Source: Trichodelitschia bisporula (taxonomy: Eukaryota). Taken from it: a stretch of DNA of 64,000 bases. Position 1 is the stretch's first letter. Each line of letters starts with the position of its first letter. The translations under genes and the position numbers were made by a program. Below are positions 12,252 through 24,903 of the stretch, piece after piece. The notes under the pieces were generated by a model, which worked only from the letters and a program-made list of their open reading frames with translations, was not told where the DNA came from and searched no databases. Location: positions 1 to 64,000 of the forward strand of contig ML996698.1 in the NCBI GenBank assembly GCA_010356995.1, given 5' to 3'.

Positions 12252-12542
12252 ATGGCCGTCAACGGGGTCTACGACAACGGGGTTAACGGCAATCTGACGA
12301 TACAGCGCGCTCTCGACATTGCGCGGAACAGCGAGGGCATCGTCGACCCGGTCATCTCCAGCTACCTGGAGCGCTCCCTGCGCGACGTGTGGGCACGCAT
12401 TGAAGCGCAGCCCGAGGCGTACGTGCTGAGCAAGGACGAGTTTGCGCTCTTCAACTACTTCCAGCACCGCTTCTTGACGTCGCGCATCGCCCAGCGCGCC
12501 GTGCAGCGCTTCTGGGAGAACTACCACGGGAACCTGGCCTGA
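12252..12542 (+). CDS. Small (96 aa) hypothetical protein, likely a conserved Pezizomycotina family
   Basis: Good start context (gaaaATGg) and strong GC3 codon bias. The sequence LTIQRALDIARNSEG..DP...LE.....W..I...P..Y.LSKDEFALFNYFQ.RF resembles fungal hypotheticals I recall; not verified. Confidence 0.75.
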   Translation: MAVNGVYDNGVNGNLTIQRALDIARNSEGIVDPVISSYLERSLRDVWARIEAQPEAYVLSKDEFALFNYFQHRFLTSRIAQRAVQRFWENYHGNLA

Positions 12543-12630
12543 GTCCGACATTCGCCGAGCATCCAATCTCGGGCCGCGCGGCGGGTTGGCTGCTTCTTCA
12601 ACATCGCCGCCGCCGCACCTCTGCAGAAGC

Positions 12631-14742
12631 ATGGCTCTCCTCTCTGCGGATGTCCGCAGACGTAATGTCCTGCTGTTTCTTCTCTTCTTTGCCATTGTTT
12701 TAATAGCATTTCCTTTTCGTTCTCCCGACGTTGATGCCGTTTTGGCACAGCACCCTCATATCCACCGGCCCCATGACCGTCGCCGCACCCATGCGCCGGT
12801 GATGGATGTCGTCCAGATCGCGCCTCCTGTTGCATTTCCCGCAAGCGAATGCCAGCAAACGCTTATGGTGCACTCATTCGCCTGGAGCTACGGAAAACCC
12901 TTTGCTGGTACGTAGCACGGCCACTGGCACGAGGCTCGTGACACGAATACTGACCCTGCAGCATCGTACCAACCCCCAGCATGTTCATTCAACCGCGTCA
13001 CCTTAAATTTTACTGTCACTTCGTCCGGCAGGCAGTTTGACAGGTACGTGCGACGTCATCAGTTCTAGACGCTAAGCTAACTGATAGGCTCGCCATAATG
13101 TGTACGTTGTTTCCCGTCCGCAGCCTGCTGCCCGCATCTGGTCACCCAGCGTCCACTGCTAACAAATGCCAATGCAGACCTGACGGACACTGAGATCTGG
13201 CGCACGTCAACCGCCGAGCCCACAGCCAATGGCATCATCTGGACATACATCAAAGATGTCTCCAACTACCTCGCGCTCTGGCGCCACCCGCAAAAGCTCA
13301 TCTTCGATCTTGGCAACTTGATCGACAGCACGTACACCGGACCGTTCAATACGACACTGACGGCGACCTTCTTCACGACACCAGAGCAGCCCGCACCGGC
13401 GAACGTCATCATTCCGGTGTCTGCACGCCGCTCGTCACAAAACCAATCGAGCGCGTTCTCGGTCCCTGAGGTCCCGGCCGTCAGCTCGCTAACCATCCCG
13501 CGCAACACGAAGCGCGCTGTATTTAGCATCTCGGCGTGCGGCCAGGCTGATGAGGAATTTTGGTGGAGCAATGCACTGTCGTCGCTGACGGGCACGTACC
13601 AGAACAACACTCTTCTCGGCTTTTCTCCGTTCCGCGAGGTGCAGTTGCTTATCGACGGCAAACTCGCGGGCGTCGTGTGGCCGTTCCCTGTCATCTTCAC
13701 TGGCGGCGTTGTGCCCGGTTTCTGGCGCCCCATCGTCGGTATCGACGCGTACGACTTGCGCGAAGACGAGATCGACGTAACGCCGTGGCTCGGCGTCCTG
13801 TCGGACGGTAAGGAGCACGTGTTCGAGATCCTCATCCGGGGCATCGTCGATGACGGGCAAGGTGGTGCCGTATTGTCTTCAGTCGGCAACTACTGGGTCG
13901 TCACGGGGAAATTATTCCTCTGGCTCGACCCGCCCGGCGCCGTGACCCGCGGCTCTGTGCCCGTCTTCAACGCCCCCGATCCAACGCTTGTGGTCAGCTC
14001 CGCCATCACCCAGAAGCCTGACGGCGGCAACGACACGTTTACCCAAAAGGCGTACGCCCAGCGGCAGTTTTCTCTTGCCGCGGATATCACCACAACTTCC
14101 GGGCGGAAACGCGCAACATGGTCGCAGTCTCTCAGCTTCACGAACGACGGCTGGTACGGAGATGACGGCAACGCGCAGGTAAACACGCAGCTCACTTCCG
14201 GTAACGAGGCATCCGGCTCAGGCTACACACGGCGCTTTTCGTACCCGCTGTATGTAGAGTCATTCGTCAAGACGGAGAAGAGCAGCCGGAATCTGAGCAT
14301 CGACGCCGTCATGGACCGCATCAAAGATGTCACAGTTGTTGGCCGATCGGCATTCCCGACAGGGCTGGAGAGCTTTGATGACGGCCCGTTCGAGGGTTCG
14401 CGACTGCGGACGCGTCAGAACGGTTCCGCGAGCTACATGTCCGTCCCTTCGCAAAATCGCAGCTCTAGTTGGGGTGGAACGGAGCAGACGCTGTCGTTTT
14501 GGGGCCTGCAGGCGGGCAGCGCGGCTGACGGCGCGCTGGAGCAGAACGATCAGGTGGATCTGTACTGGCGGCACGCGCTGGCGATCAACGGCAGCATTGT
14601 CGATGACTCGGACGCGGGGGCGAACCGAGTACCGTACCAGATCCAGACGCCAATTGCCGGGCAGAATAGCGGTGAATTGCGGATGGAATTCCCGGTGTTT
14701 ATCGGGCCCGTCGTGCCTGGAAGGCGGCCCCACATTGCATAG
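12631..14742 (+). CDS. Peptide-N4-(N-acetyl-beta-glucosaminyl)asparagine amidase A (PNGase A/At family)
   Basis: N-terminal signal anchor; motifs HSFAWSYGKPF, GRQFDRLA, EIWRTSTAEP, EEFWWSN, SPFREVQLLIDG, PFPVIFTGG, WRPIVGIDAYDL. Introns 12908-12961, 13044-13087 and 13102-13177, with a 14-nt microexon. Confidence 0.93.
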
Positions 14743-14996
14743 TCTTGGTATATTTAATCATTCAATGTTGGTCTACTGATAGTCGGGTAATGCAGGTGGT
14801 TGCCCGGCGATGCCATTCCACTGTCGCCAGCGCAGCACCATTCTCATTTTGTCCAGTTGAACCGCATTCCAGGATGCATTCCGTGTCCCCGAGCAACGCC
14901 TCATCCCGCTTGACAACATACAAGAAGGGTAACGCAGCCACCGGATCCTGCCCATCCTTCGCTAGGAACATCTGTCACTCGTTTGGTTCTGAAGCA

Positions 14997-16679
14997 ATGC
15001 TCCGCTAGTCAGCCTTTGCCCTCCTTCCTGCCTGTGCGGCTGCAAATCCCCTCTTTAATGCCTTTCACTGTATGCAGCATGCGGCGGCTGACTTTCCCTC
15101 CCTCACTCCGCGGCAGTTCACAGACTCCAGCACCACTCCGCTCAATACCTTCACCCTCTCGTCATCAGCCTCAGCGGCCGTGAGTACAGCCGTACCGCCC
15201 AACGTGTCTGGTGACTTCGTGAGCGCAACTTGTGACGCCTATGCCCCCACGATAAACAACTGCATCCTCGAGCTGGCATCCGGGCTGCAGGGTTCGCGCA
15301 CGGGGTACTGCGACAAAAATTATACGGAGCTGGCGGTGTGTTTGGGACTGTACAGTGTGGGCGATTGTGAGGATGAGAGCGTGGCGTGGAGCGGATGTGG
15401 AGGGTTCACGTCAATCTTCAGGGGTCGGCGAGGTTAATACTGACGGAAGCAGACTCCAACCGTACAATTACTGCCTTGCGAGCTCGGGATTTACCTCTGT
15501 GCCGGACTTGTCCAGTGTGCCAATACGCGTCTTGAGGTGTTCACGGGGCAGGATGAGAATGCGGTCAGCGTAGCGGGCTCGAGTGCGGAGGCGGAGCTGG
15601 CTACTTCACTGTCGTTGGCCTTCGCGTCGGCTGCTAGCTCGGTATCCAGCTCAGCGTCTGTGGAGTCGGCATCATCATTGTTGGCGGCTTCGGCGTCATC
15701 GGAGTCGGACTCGATGGTGTTGACCTCCGCCTCCAACCCGGCAGCATCCGTGTCAGCATCCAGCTCGGCCGCGGCGAGTTCGGCTTCCCTTTCGGCTTCG
15801 GCGTCAGCATCTTTGTCAGCCATACCTTTGTCCACCACGCAGCCAGCCGGTAGTTCGACTATTTCGTCTTCCGCTTCTGCCCTAGTCACTTCGTCCCGTA
15901 CAGCTCCCATCAGCCCAACTGACAGCTCTTTTTCGGCCTCTTCCTCTTCATCAGCCGAAACATCTTCCAGCGCGGCCGACGACGCATCCACCACCTCTTC
16001 CGCAGACTCATCCAGCCTCACCGATTCCTCAGCGACATTGGCACCTTCCACCCAACCCAGTCACATCTCACCCGGCGGGACCTGCGGCGGCATCGTCGGC
16101 TACACATGCGCCGGGAGCGTCTGGGGCGATTGCTGTTCACGCTACGGCTTCTGGTACGTCCGCTCCTCCCTTCAAGACCAAACTAACAAGTCAGCAGCCG
16201 CACCGACAACCATTGCGGGGCCGGATGTCTTTCCGACTTCGGCACGTGCTCCCCGCCCGTCGACGTCCCGGCACCGGGCGCCTCAATGACGGGCACAGCT
16301 TCATCGGCCACCGACACGCCGCCCGTCCCGACGCTCCCGGGCGTCAGCCTGGACGGGACATGCGGGATGCCCATGGGTTACACATGCGCGGGGAGCGGCT
16401 ACGGCAGGTGCTGCTCGCGCTGGGGATACTGGTGAGTTGCCCGTGCTCCACAACCTGCGCCTGCTGACATGTGCTAGTGGCGAAGGGGGTTCGTACTGCG
16501 GTCAAGGCATCTGCACGACCGAGTCTGGCAGCTGTGCGCTCGAAGCGCCTGTGCCTGCACCCGTGGCGAGTCTGCCACCGATGAGCAGAGTCGTGGTGGG
16601 CCCGTCGGGGGTGAGTGTTGTTGGGGAGGCGATGGAGACGGTTACTGTGTGTAGCGCCTTGGTGCGCAGGAGGATTTGA
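14997..16679 (+). pseudogene. Secreted Cys-rich / Ser-rich protein with two hevein-type chitin-binding (CBM18) modules; apparently disrupted
   Basis: ATG CTC CGC TAG followed in frame by signal-like SAFALLPACAAA-NPLF. A frameshift is needed near 15508. Two modules of form CGG..GYTCAGS.WG.CCS.YG.C, each split by an intron (16154-16194, 16432-16477). Confidence 0.7.
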
Positions 16680-17357
16680 GAGCCGGTTTGGGGTGTGTGC
16701 GAGTATGTGTGCGAGTAGGCCGGTATGTCGTTTCCATCGTTGGAGTTAGGGTCGTCTTGGAGTTCATGGCGGGCTCAGCACTGAAGCGCGTGATCCTAAT
16801 CTCATTTCCACTGTCGCCGTCAGCCTCACGATCCTCTGCATTGCAATTTTCGTTTCCGCAACACATGCCCTCGTGGTGCCGCATATACATGTACCGTGCA
16901 TTCTCCCTTACGTTTCCCTTCCTCGCCCCTCAGCGCAGGACACACCGCTCAGCCCCGCAGACCTACGCCCCGCATCCCGCCCAATCAGCATTAGCGCCGA
17001 CCTCGGCAATCCTCGCGGCTTCAAGCGCCCTATCCGGTCCTCGGACGCGGCAGCCTCATCGCGCTAACCCGCTCATCGGAGCGTCCTCGCGCCAATTCCA
17101 CCCCGCAACGCCCGCCGCTGCTGACTGCGCCGAGATATCCGACATGTGGCGTCATACCAGGAGGGGTGATTATTTCCGCGATGCGCGCGGGGCGACGACA
17201 AGCGGGAAGGGGGAGGATGACTGCTCTCGTGTGCAGCGACTGTGAAATAATCTGATCTGAGGATTGCCGCACCACTCACTCGTCTTCCATGTGCTAGAGT
17301 TGCCTAGACCGAGCCTTGCCTTCGCTCACTTCACCACTCCCCTTCCCTCCACTCACG

Positions 17358-18858
17358 ATGCCCCCCCTCGCCCCAGACGCTAAACCCACCCTCTCACCCT
17401 CTCGCTCCCCCTCCCCCCTCCCCGTGAAGCACAACCAGCACTCTCACCTCACCGTCCCCCTCAGCGAAGCCCTCCTCCTCCGCGCCGCCAGCCCAGACAC
17501 CCTCTCCGAGCTCTCCATCGCCCTCACGCCCCGCCACAGCCACACCTACCGGCATGCCTCACGCTCGCTCTCCCCACCCACAAAACCGGGGACATGGCGC
17601 GCCTCCGCATCCGCATTCTGGAAACGCAACAAAGGTCTCGCGCTCGTACTCCTAGCGCAGGTCTTCGGCACGCTCATGAACGTAGCCACGCGCCTACTCG
17701 AAGTAGGCGGCAACGCAGGAAAGGGGATGCACCCATTCCAGGTACTACCCCCCCACCCCAAGCGTCAAGAAACACCCACTAATCCCAGATCCTCATCGCG
17801 CGCCAAACAATCACCCTCGTCCTGAGCATGACCTACATGTGGCGCGCCGGCACACCCGATTTCCCCCTCGGCGCGCGGAACATCCGTGGGCTGCTCCTCG
17901 TGCGCGGCGTAGGCGGGTTCTTCGGTGTGTTCGGGATGTACTGTACGTCCCTCCTCTCCCCTCCACCCTTCGAACACGACGCTAACGCGCCCAAGATTCA
18001 CTCAAGTACCTCCCCCTCGCCGACGCCACGGTGCTCACCTTCCTTGCGCCCATCCTCGCATGCTGGGCCTGCTCCTACATCCTGCACGAGCCCTTCACGC
18101 GGCGCGAGCAACTCGCGGCGCTGGTGTCGCTGGGCGGCGTGGTGCTGATCGCGCGGCCGGCCACGATATTCCAGATATTCTCCTCGCCCAGCCCAGTGCC
18201 GCCCGTGCTCGGCGGAAACAGCACGCTGCCACTGTCCTCCAGGCTCGCGGACTTCAGCGCGGGGAACGTCACGGCGGCCGCGGCGGAGAATGCCTTCACC
18301 AAGCAAGCGACACCGCATGAGCGCGCACTGGCGGTGGGCTTCGCGCTGCTGGGCGTGTTGGGCGGGGCGTGCGCATTCACCACTTTGCGGGCGATTGGGA
18401 AGCGCGCATCAGCCCTCATAACCGTAACTTATTTCGCCTTCTTCTCCGCGCTGATCAGCTTCGTGATGCTCGTCGCCGTACCCTCAATCGGCTTCCTCCT
18501 ACCAGTAGGGCTATACGAATGGTTCCTATTACTGAGCCTCGGGGTATGCGGGTTCGTGATGCAGTGTCTGTTAGCGGCGGGACTGCAGTACGAGAAGAGC
18601 TCGCGCGCGACGAATATGGTGTATGCGCAGATGGTGTTTGCGCTGGCGTTTGATCGGTTGATTTTTGGGACTGTTCCCGGGTTGGCAAGTTTTTTGGGCT
18701 CCGGGCTGATTCTGGGGTCGGCGATTTATGTTGCGTTGCACCAGGCGGCGGCGAAGAAGCCCGTGGTTGAAGTTGGGGTGGAGGAGGAGGCTAGGGGTTT
18801 GGTGAGTGCGGTGGATGCGGTGGATGGCGAAGAGGTGGAGATGAGGGAGCGGAACTAG
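17358..18858 (+). CDS. EamA/DMT-family drug/metabolite transporter
   Basis: Motifs NKGLALVLLAQVFGTLMNV, GMHPFQIL, LLLVRGVGGFFGVFGMYYSL.YLPLADATVLTFLAP, KSSRATNMVYAQMVFALAFD; about 10 TM; two short introns. Confidence 0.92.
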
Positions 18859-19860
18859 ATCATGCTGTTCCATGGAGTTGGAGTATTGGGTTGCTAGACC
18901 TGGATGGAGTTTGGTGTAGATCTCGCCGTCTTGGATTCGCGTTGATACAAGCAGTGGCCGTCATCTGCAGCAGTAGCATAGAAGCAAGCACAAAGAATTG
19001 GATCTGCGCTCATCGGAACACACCGCGACTTCATCTTCTGCTCCATCTCCTTCCCGCCAGCCCATCAGCGCACGCCTGTCCATCGTCGCGCGCGCTGCTC
19101 TGTCTAGAACTAGGCTGGACGGCAAATAGGAACAGTAGCCTCACACTCTTTGCTCTGAGCAAGATGACCGGACATCAGTGGCGTGACATCTGCACCAAGG
19201 GTTTTAGAGGCATGATATTAAGAGCTGACGAAGTGAAGGAGACGCTGAACCATTATATATCCGGGCACTACCGGTGATCAGGCCCGTTCCTGGGGTCAAG
19301 ATGCGCTAACTGCGATCGATCTAGCTTCGGCAAATACCGCAGAAGGGCCGGCCCGACGGACGCCGTGTGGCACGAGGTTGGCAAAAGGCGGCAGAGGCTC
19401 GGCAATGACGAGAAGTGGTGAGTTCCTTCATTATTTTTGTCTATACATCAAAACAGACAACAGGCAAGAGTATCTATCCTCGGCCAGGCACTCAAACGTC
19501 TCCGTCTCTCGTACAGATCCACCAAGATGCAAAATATCATACTGAAGCGAAAAACACATAAGTGACGAGACGAAAGAAGGAAACGCCTCCATGTGATTAC
19601 AAGAGTTCAGTCGCCAAATCAAAGGTCGTCCCCACGCTCTCAAAAACATGCAGCAAATGACTACGGGTATATACACAGAACTCTCACCGAACTTTTCGTG
19701 TCGACCAGATGAATGGCAGCAAACACTTATGTCCCTCCTCCTCCACTTCCGCCCCCACGTCTTCCTCCTTCCCCTCCCCACCACACCGATATGCCCACCA
19801 TCGGCCCGTCGCCCCTCCCCGGACGACGGGCCGATGGCGGGCACCACAAGGAAGCCAGGG

Positions 19861-21678
19861 TTATTCCTTCCTACTCCCATCCACCTCTTCATCCCACTTG
19901 GCATTCTGATACACGATCCCCTCCCAGACCCGCCAGTGCAGCACCGCAACATGGGCCACTCTCCTCGCGATTTCGCTCGCGCGGTCTCCCCGGCCAACAC
20001 CTCCGGCACGTCCACCAACTCTTTCTCCCGCTCCGAACCCAGAGCGCACCACGACGGACCCCGTCCCCGGCCCTGCCACCAAGGCATTGAACATATCGCA
20101 CGGCGAGGCACCCATGAACTTGTGTCCCGTGTCCAGCACGATAGGCAGCACCACGGCCTCCAGACGCTCCTCCTGCTCCTCCATGCACAGCGGGTCGTGA
20201 AACCGCCGGTGCAGGCTCCCCTGCACCTCATTCACCAGCGCGGCGTCGTACTCCACGCCCTCCTCCCCGACAATACGCAGCGCATGCCGCACCAGCTCAA
20301 GCGCAATATAATCGGCATTACAGCTCCACCCCCGCGCCGCCGGATCCGCGACAATCGCCGCCAGATGCATGCGCAGCCGCGCCTCGTCAGCGGGGGTTGG
20401 ACACCGCGCGCCGCGGGACCGTGTGCTCACCAGCTCGCCGAGCACGTCAACGCAGACGTTCTGGAACAGCAGGTCGTTGAGCTCGCCGCTCGCCGCGCGC
20501 AGGCGCTCGGCGTCAAGCTCGAAAATGTTGGGCATGTCGGCGGCGAGCTCGTGCAGGGACAAGGCGCTCACGAGCATGCGCACCAGGCCGCGGGCAAAGG
20601 CCTCGAAGTCGCCGTGCGGGCCGCGGGGGGTGAAGGCCTCGGTCTGCTCCAAGAACCAGGTGCGGGCTTGGCGTGGGTTGATGCGCTCAGGTCGGCGCTC
20701 GATGCGCTTGGCATGGTAGGACTGTTCGAACGAGATGGTATCTTCGATCAGGAGATAGCGGAGATGCCGGATTTGGTGGTTAGCCACATCCTAGCTCGGT
20801 TAGACCCTGGCCATCACACGCAACCGGACACAAACCAGCTTCATGGCCTCCAGAACGCCAAACAACTCCAGCAGTCCCTTGGATACGTCCTGCGGCGTTC
20901 CAGCGCGCAGCCGATCCACCATGCGATCCACCATGCCGTCGCGCATTGGCGCGCAGTGCCGCTTCAACAGCTGCGCCAGCCACATCGCGATGCTAACAAA
21001 ATCGCATAATCCGCGGCCAATTTCCTGCATCAGTACCCCCACGTCGAGGTGGTCGTCCACTGTCGACTTGTCCGTCTCCGGCACCAGGTTCTTCAGAATC
21101 TCCTTGAGCACGTCGAACAGGCGTGGTATGCGCCGTTGGCTCGCCTTGAACAATGCCTCTCGCCGCGCGTCCCATGGCTCAGCGCACAAACGCATCACGA
21201 TGTTCAGCTCAACGGTGACGGCGCGCCAGTAGAGCTCCTGTGTTGCGCGTTTGCGGGCGCCCTTTGCGCCATCAAGGTTGGGACGGAAGTGCAATTCAAA
21301 ATCGTAGTTGATGTCATGGCGGAGTTTCAGGTTGTGCGCTATGGACCCTATGTCCAACTCCCCCAGCGAATGTGGCGTGATCGGGGGGTCGATGTTGGCA
21401 CTGGTAAACGCGTCATACGCGAGTTCTGGATCGACTTCGATGCTCCACAGATAACAGCGGAGGTCATTGTCCAGCAGAGGCTGCCTGTCTGGTCTTGACT
21501 CTCGTGTAGGCGGGGGAGAGGCCGACGAGGAGCGACTCGCAAGCGCGATGTCCGGGTTGATGTAGATGACATGCGAGGTATCAGAATCCGTGGAGGGGAG
21601 GTCTTTTAACGCGCTGATGTGCTGCGGCACCGCGCCGTGTTGCTGCGGTTGCGATGAGTTGTTCGGATTACAGGTCAT
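19861..21678 (-). CDS. SOK1: T-complex protein 11 / SOK1-family protein
   Basis: PPITPHSLGELD, KLRHDINYDFELHFRPNLDGAKG, LLKRHCAPMRD, LEAMKL|DVANHQIR; intron 20791-20835. Confidence 0.92.
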
Positions 21679-24600
21679 CGTTGCAGCGTGCCACCGTGGT
21701 GGGCAGGGGACCGGAGAAGAAGCAGGAGCGACCTAGCTTCACACCGTAGAGAGTCGACGAGAGCGGAGAGTAGAGGCTGGGAAGAGTGCGTCAAGACCAA
21801 GCATGAATGTGCAATGCGGATGCGAAAGGCTATAACCTTCAAGCACTCGTTAGCACTTGTTTGCCCCGGGACCCGACTGATACACAACGACGTGTCGGCG
21901 GCCTGCTAGGGATCTCGGCTAGCTGCAGCGTCTTCGTAGCAAACCAGTTGGCCAGATCGGTCCGAGTCATACAGAAAAATTTTGGTTTACCTTTTGGTGG
22001 GTGTTGGTATTAGATATTATGTGGTTGTGTGAGTTATGCACGCTGTTCCCGGCAAGATGTTGAGCGCGGGGGGTGGGGGTCTTCTGAAGGGGGCCAGAAA
22101 TTCCAGCGTTCGCAAGCAGGACAAACAAGAGAAGATGAATGGGAACGCGGCGTGTGGAATGACGCGGATGTGAGGGGAAAAGAGCAACTGCCGTGCTGGT
22201 CTGGCTAAAGCTGGCCAGAATGCGCGAGAGGACAATGGTCAGAGGAACCTGCAGCAAAGCGTGGATGGTGTAGTATGCGATGTCACATTCGCGAACTGAC
22301 CGATAATCGGAAGGGGGCGGAGACTTGACGCAAAAGAGATCCAGCGAAACAGTTCCCAGGGGAAATTAAAGGCTGTGTTGACGAGGCGCCCACTCCTTCA
22401 GTTGAGTCTTCATAGGGATAGCGGGCGGTCCACCACTTCTACAGTGCAGAAAGGGTGCACTGGATGGAAACCTCCGGAACAACTCACCGCCCGTTGAACA
22501 AATGAAGTAAAAAATACGGCATCCTCTTCATCGTGGCAAAACCGGTCCATATACCAACAATTGGCTCTCACTGCAGTGTGGCAAAGGGCTTCGCCTTGAC
22601 AGCTTTGATTCACCCTGCTTTTCTGTAGATAGAAAGATTTTTTGCAAATATCGAGAGGCTTGTGGCGTGCATCCCACATCCCAGAAGCGGCTCACGTAGC
22701 TTGGCTATAAGGAGGACCCCATCGGGCAAGAAAGAAAGTCGAGGTCTCCGGTGGGGGTCGGTAAGTGCAAGCCCCTTGGCGAATCATCACAGCTGCTCGC
22801 CTCACTTTTCAGTAAGAGTAGCTCGGCCGCGTCCCAGCCTTCTGGCCATGGATAAGGCGAAAGAACAACTAGGGGTGTTAGTTCTTCCTTGCTACAGAAT
22901 TCTTGGAGATGGAAGACCCAGGTTAGATGGTTGAGCGGTGGTTGAACAGCGGTTGAGGAAACACCATCCCGACATAGTGCTCGTAATCCCCTTGGAATCC
23001 CTAGCAACACACGCTCTGCTGATACCGTATTCTGGTGCAAGCTGGGTCCGTCTTTCCTTGGACCGTTCACAGGCGTGGAACGCTGCGGAAAGGCTTACGA
23101 TTCTGCACCACGGGTAACCTGACAACCGGCCATTGTGGTGGTGTGCGAAGCGGAAGCATGCACGTATTGAAAGTGGTCCAGTTCGCAGCCAGTGAGACGC
23201 GAGACGGGAACGGCCTGACTTCCACTTCAGCCAAAAAGCCGTTGGGAATAAAAAGCAAGCCTCCTCCGACCAGGAAAACTCGTGGTAGGCCGAGACCGAT
23301 TCCTTCTACTGGGTCAAGCGAAAGAAGAATATTCACATATCGGCTGTACTTCAGCAGCTCCTCTTCCCTGGAGATCCGTATATTCCGTTCCGGCTAGGAC
23401 TGTGTGGCCCGAGATTGCGTGTGTTCGCATTGCCGTCTTTTCTCGCGCAAACAGGCGGCGCTTTCAGTGTGCGGCGTTTAGGGTGCGCAAACGCGGGATG
23501 TCGGGGTTCCGTGTCTCGGTGGTCTCTACGGTACCCACGGTAGGCACCTAGAATAGACGTTCGTCAGACAGAAGATGCGGTCTGCCTGCTACTGCAACTG
23601 CAACATGCAGCGCCCGCACCTTCTTCCTTGATTCAAGCTGCATTCCTCTGCGCCCAGCGCATCAGCTCAACTTCCCTTTGGATCCACGAGCAAGTAGCGC
23701 TGAAAATGCTGAGCGCGCGCGGCCGCCATGTGCTAGGCGGATTGCTGTGTTGCCAAGTCAGCGTTTGAAGTACTGCAACCGGTATCTGTACTGCGGGGTG
23801 TCAATATGCCCGCCGTCGGTTGCCGCGCCTCGGTCGTGCTGGGCTGCGGATATCCTGTGGGGACCCGCTTGCCTCTCGTGGGAAGAGAAAGACGGCCAAG
23901 GGGGCCTTCTGCGCGTGTGCACGTCGCGACGTCGGAGTTCAGACTCTCTGATCGGGCAACCCGCTTGCAGTTCCGGTCATATCGGGCTGATTGCTGAGAA
24001 TGGGGCTCGCATGAAGCGTCGAAATCGCATAGCATAGCCACATCATTGCCGAAGGCCGACAACTGTACCGGAAGTCCAGAAACATTGATAGCCAGCGCGC
24101 CTTGTCGTTGCGTCCCGAGGATGATCAATGATCAGCAGCTCGCCTCAACTACTCAGACAAACTCACTAGTATATATACCGACACGATGAGTCCGACCAGC
24201 GTCCTAACGAGGCAGCTAGGCGCCCTCCAGTCTGCGAACCGCCAGGCCCATCGAAAGCCTGATTGGTCTGCCCTCCAGTTCCGCGGCGACCGGTGAGCCT
24301 CGCGTTCCTGTTTCAGCCTGAGGAGCATTATGGGTAAGAGGCCGTGCTCCGAGATTCGGCGATCTTCGCACTTCTCTGATGTCTTCCTTGCCTTCTCAAG
24401 TGTACTTCGAGCGTGCATTCGAACTGCCGGGTTGTAAATTAGCCCCTCAGCCAACGGAAAGACGTGATACCGCTTAGCGCACAGCCGACCGACCGTGTCC
24501 TCAGACCGTGCCGATCGGCTCGGCAACCGACGATCGGCTACCCTGCGTCTGACCTCAACATGAGGCTCGCCATCGACAACGAACCAAACCAGCGGCAGGC

Positions 24601-24903
24601 GACGTATGATATTCGAGCAGGCGACGTATCAGCTTTTCGCAACCATCTAAAGCCTGGTGTAGTCGTAATCTTCATCCCCCCGTTCTGCCACTCCAACAAT
24701 ACACCTGTCCAACAACCTTCCACCCTTACCGCGCCGCTCAGGATCGCTGAATCACTGCTCCCGAATCGGCAGGCCGCCTCGTCTTTCCTCATCGACACCG
24801 ATCCAACGGCCGCGGTCATGCACCCCGCGTTGCGTTGATCGTCTTACGTAGATGCTTCCTCCTTCAGACCTAGTATGAGCAAATTAATGTACCGAGTGGA
24901 GCG

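Noticed and set aside
15006..15008. In-frame TAG as evidence of stop-codon reassignment
   Set aside because: TAG terminates several conserved genes here at the expected position (PCT1, LST8, PHO81), and the same gene also has a frameshift.
19648..21009. 453-aa plus-strand ORF
   Set aside because: Antisense shadow of the GC3-rich SOK1 CDS; no independent motifs.
22410..23336. Three protein-like minus-strand ORFs upstream of SOK1
   Set aside because: Different frames, no splice signals linking them, no recognisable family; cannot be distinguished from chance.
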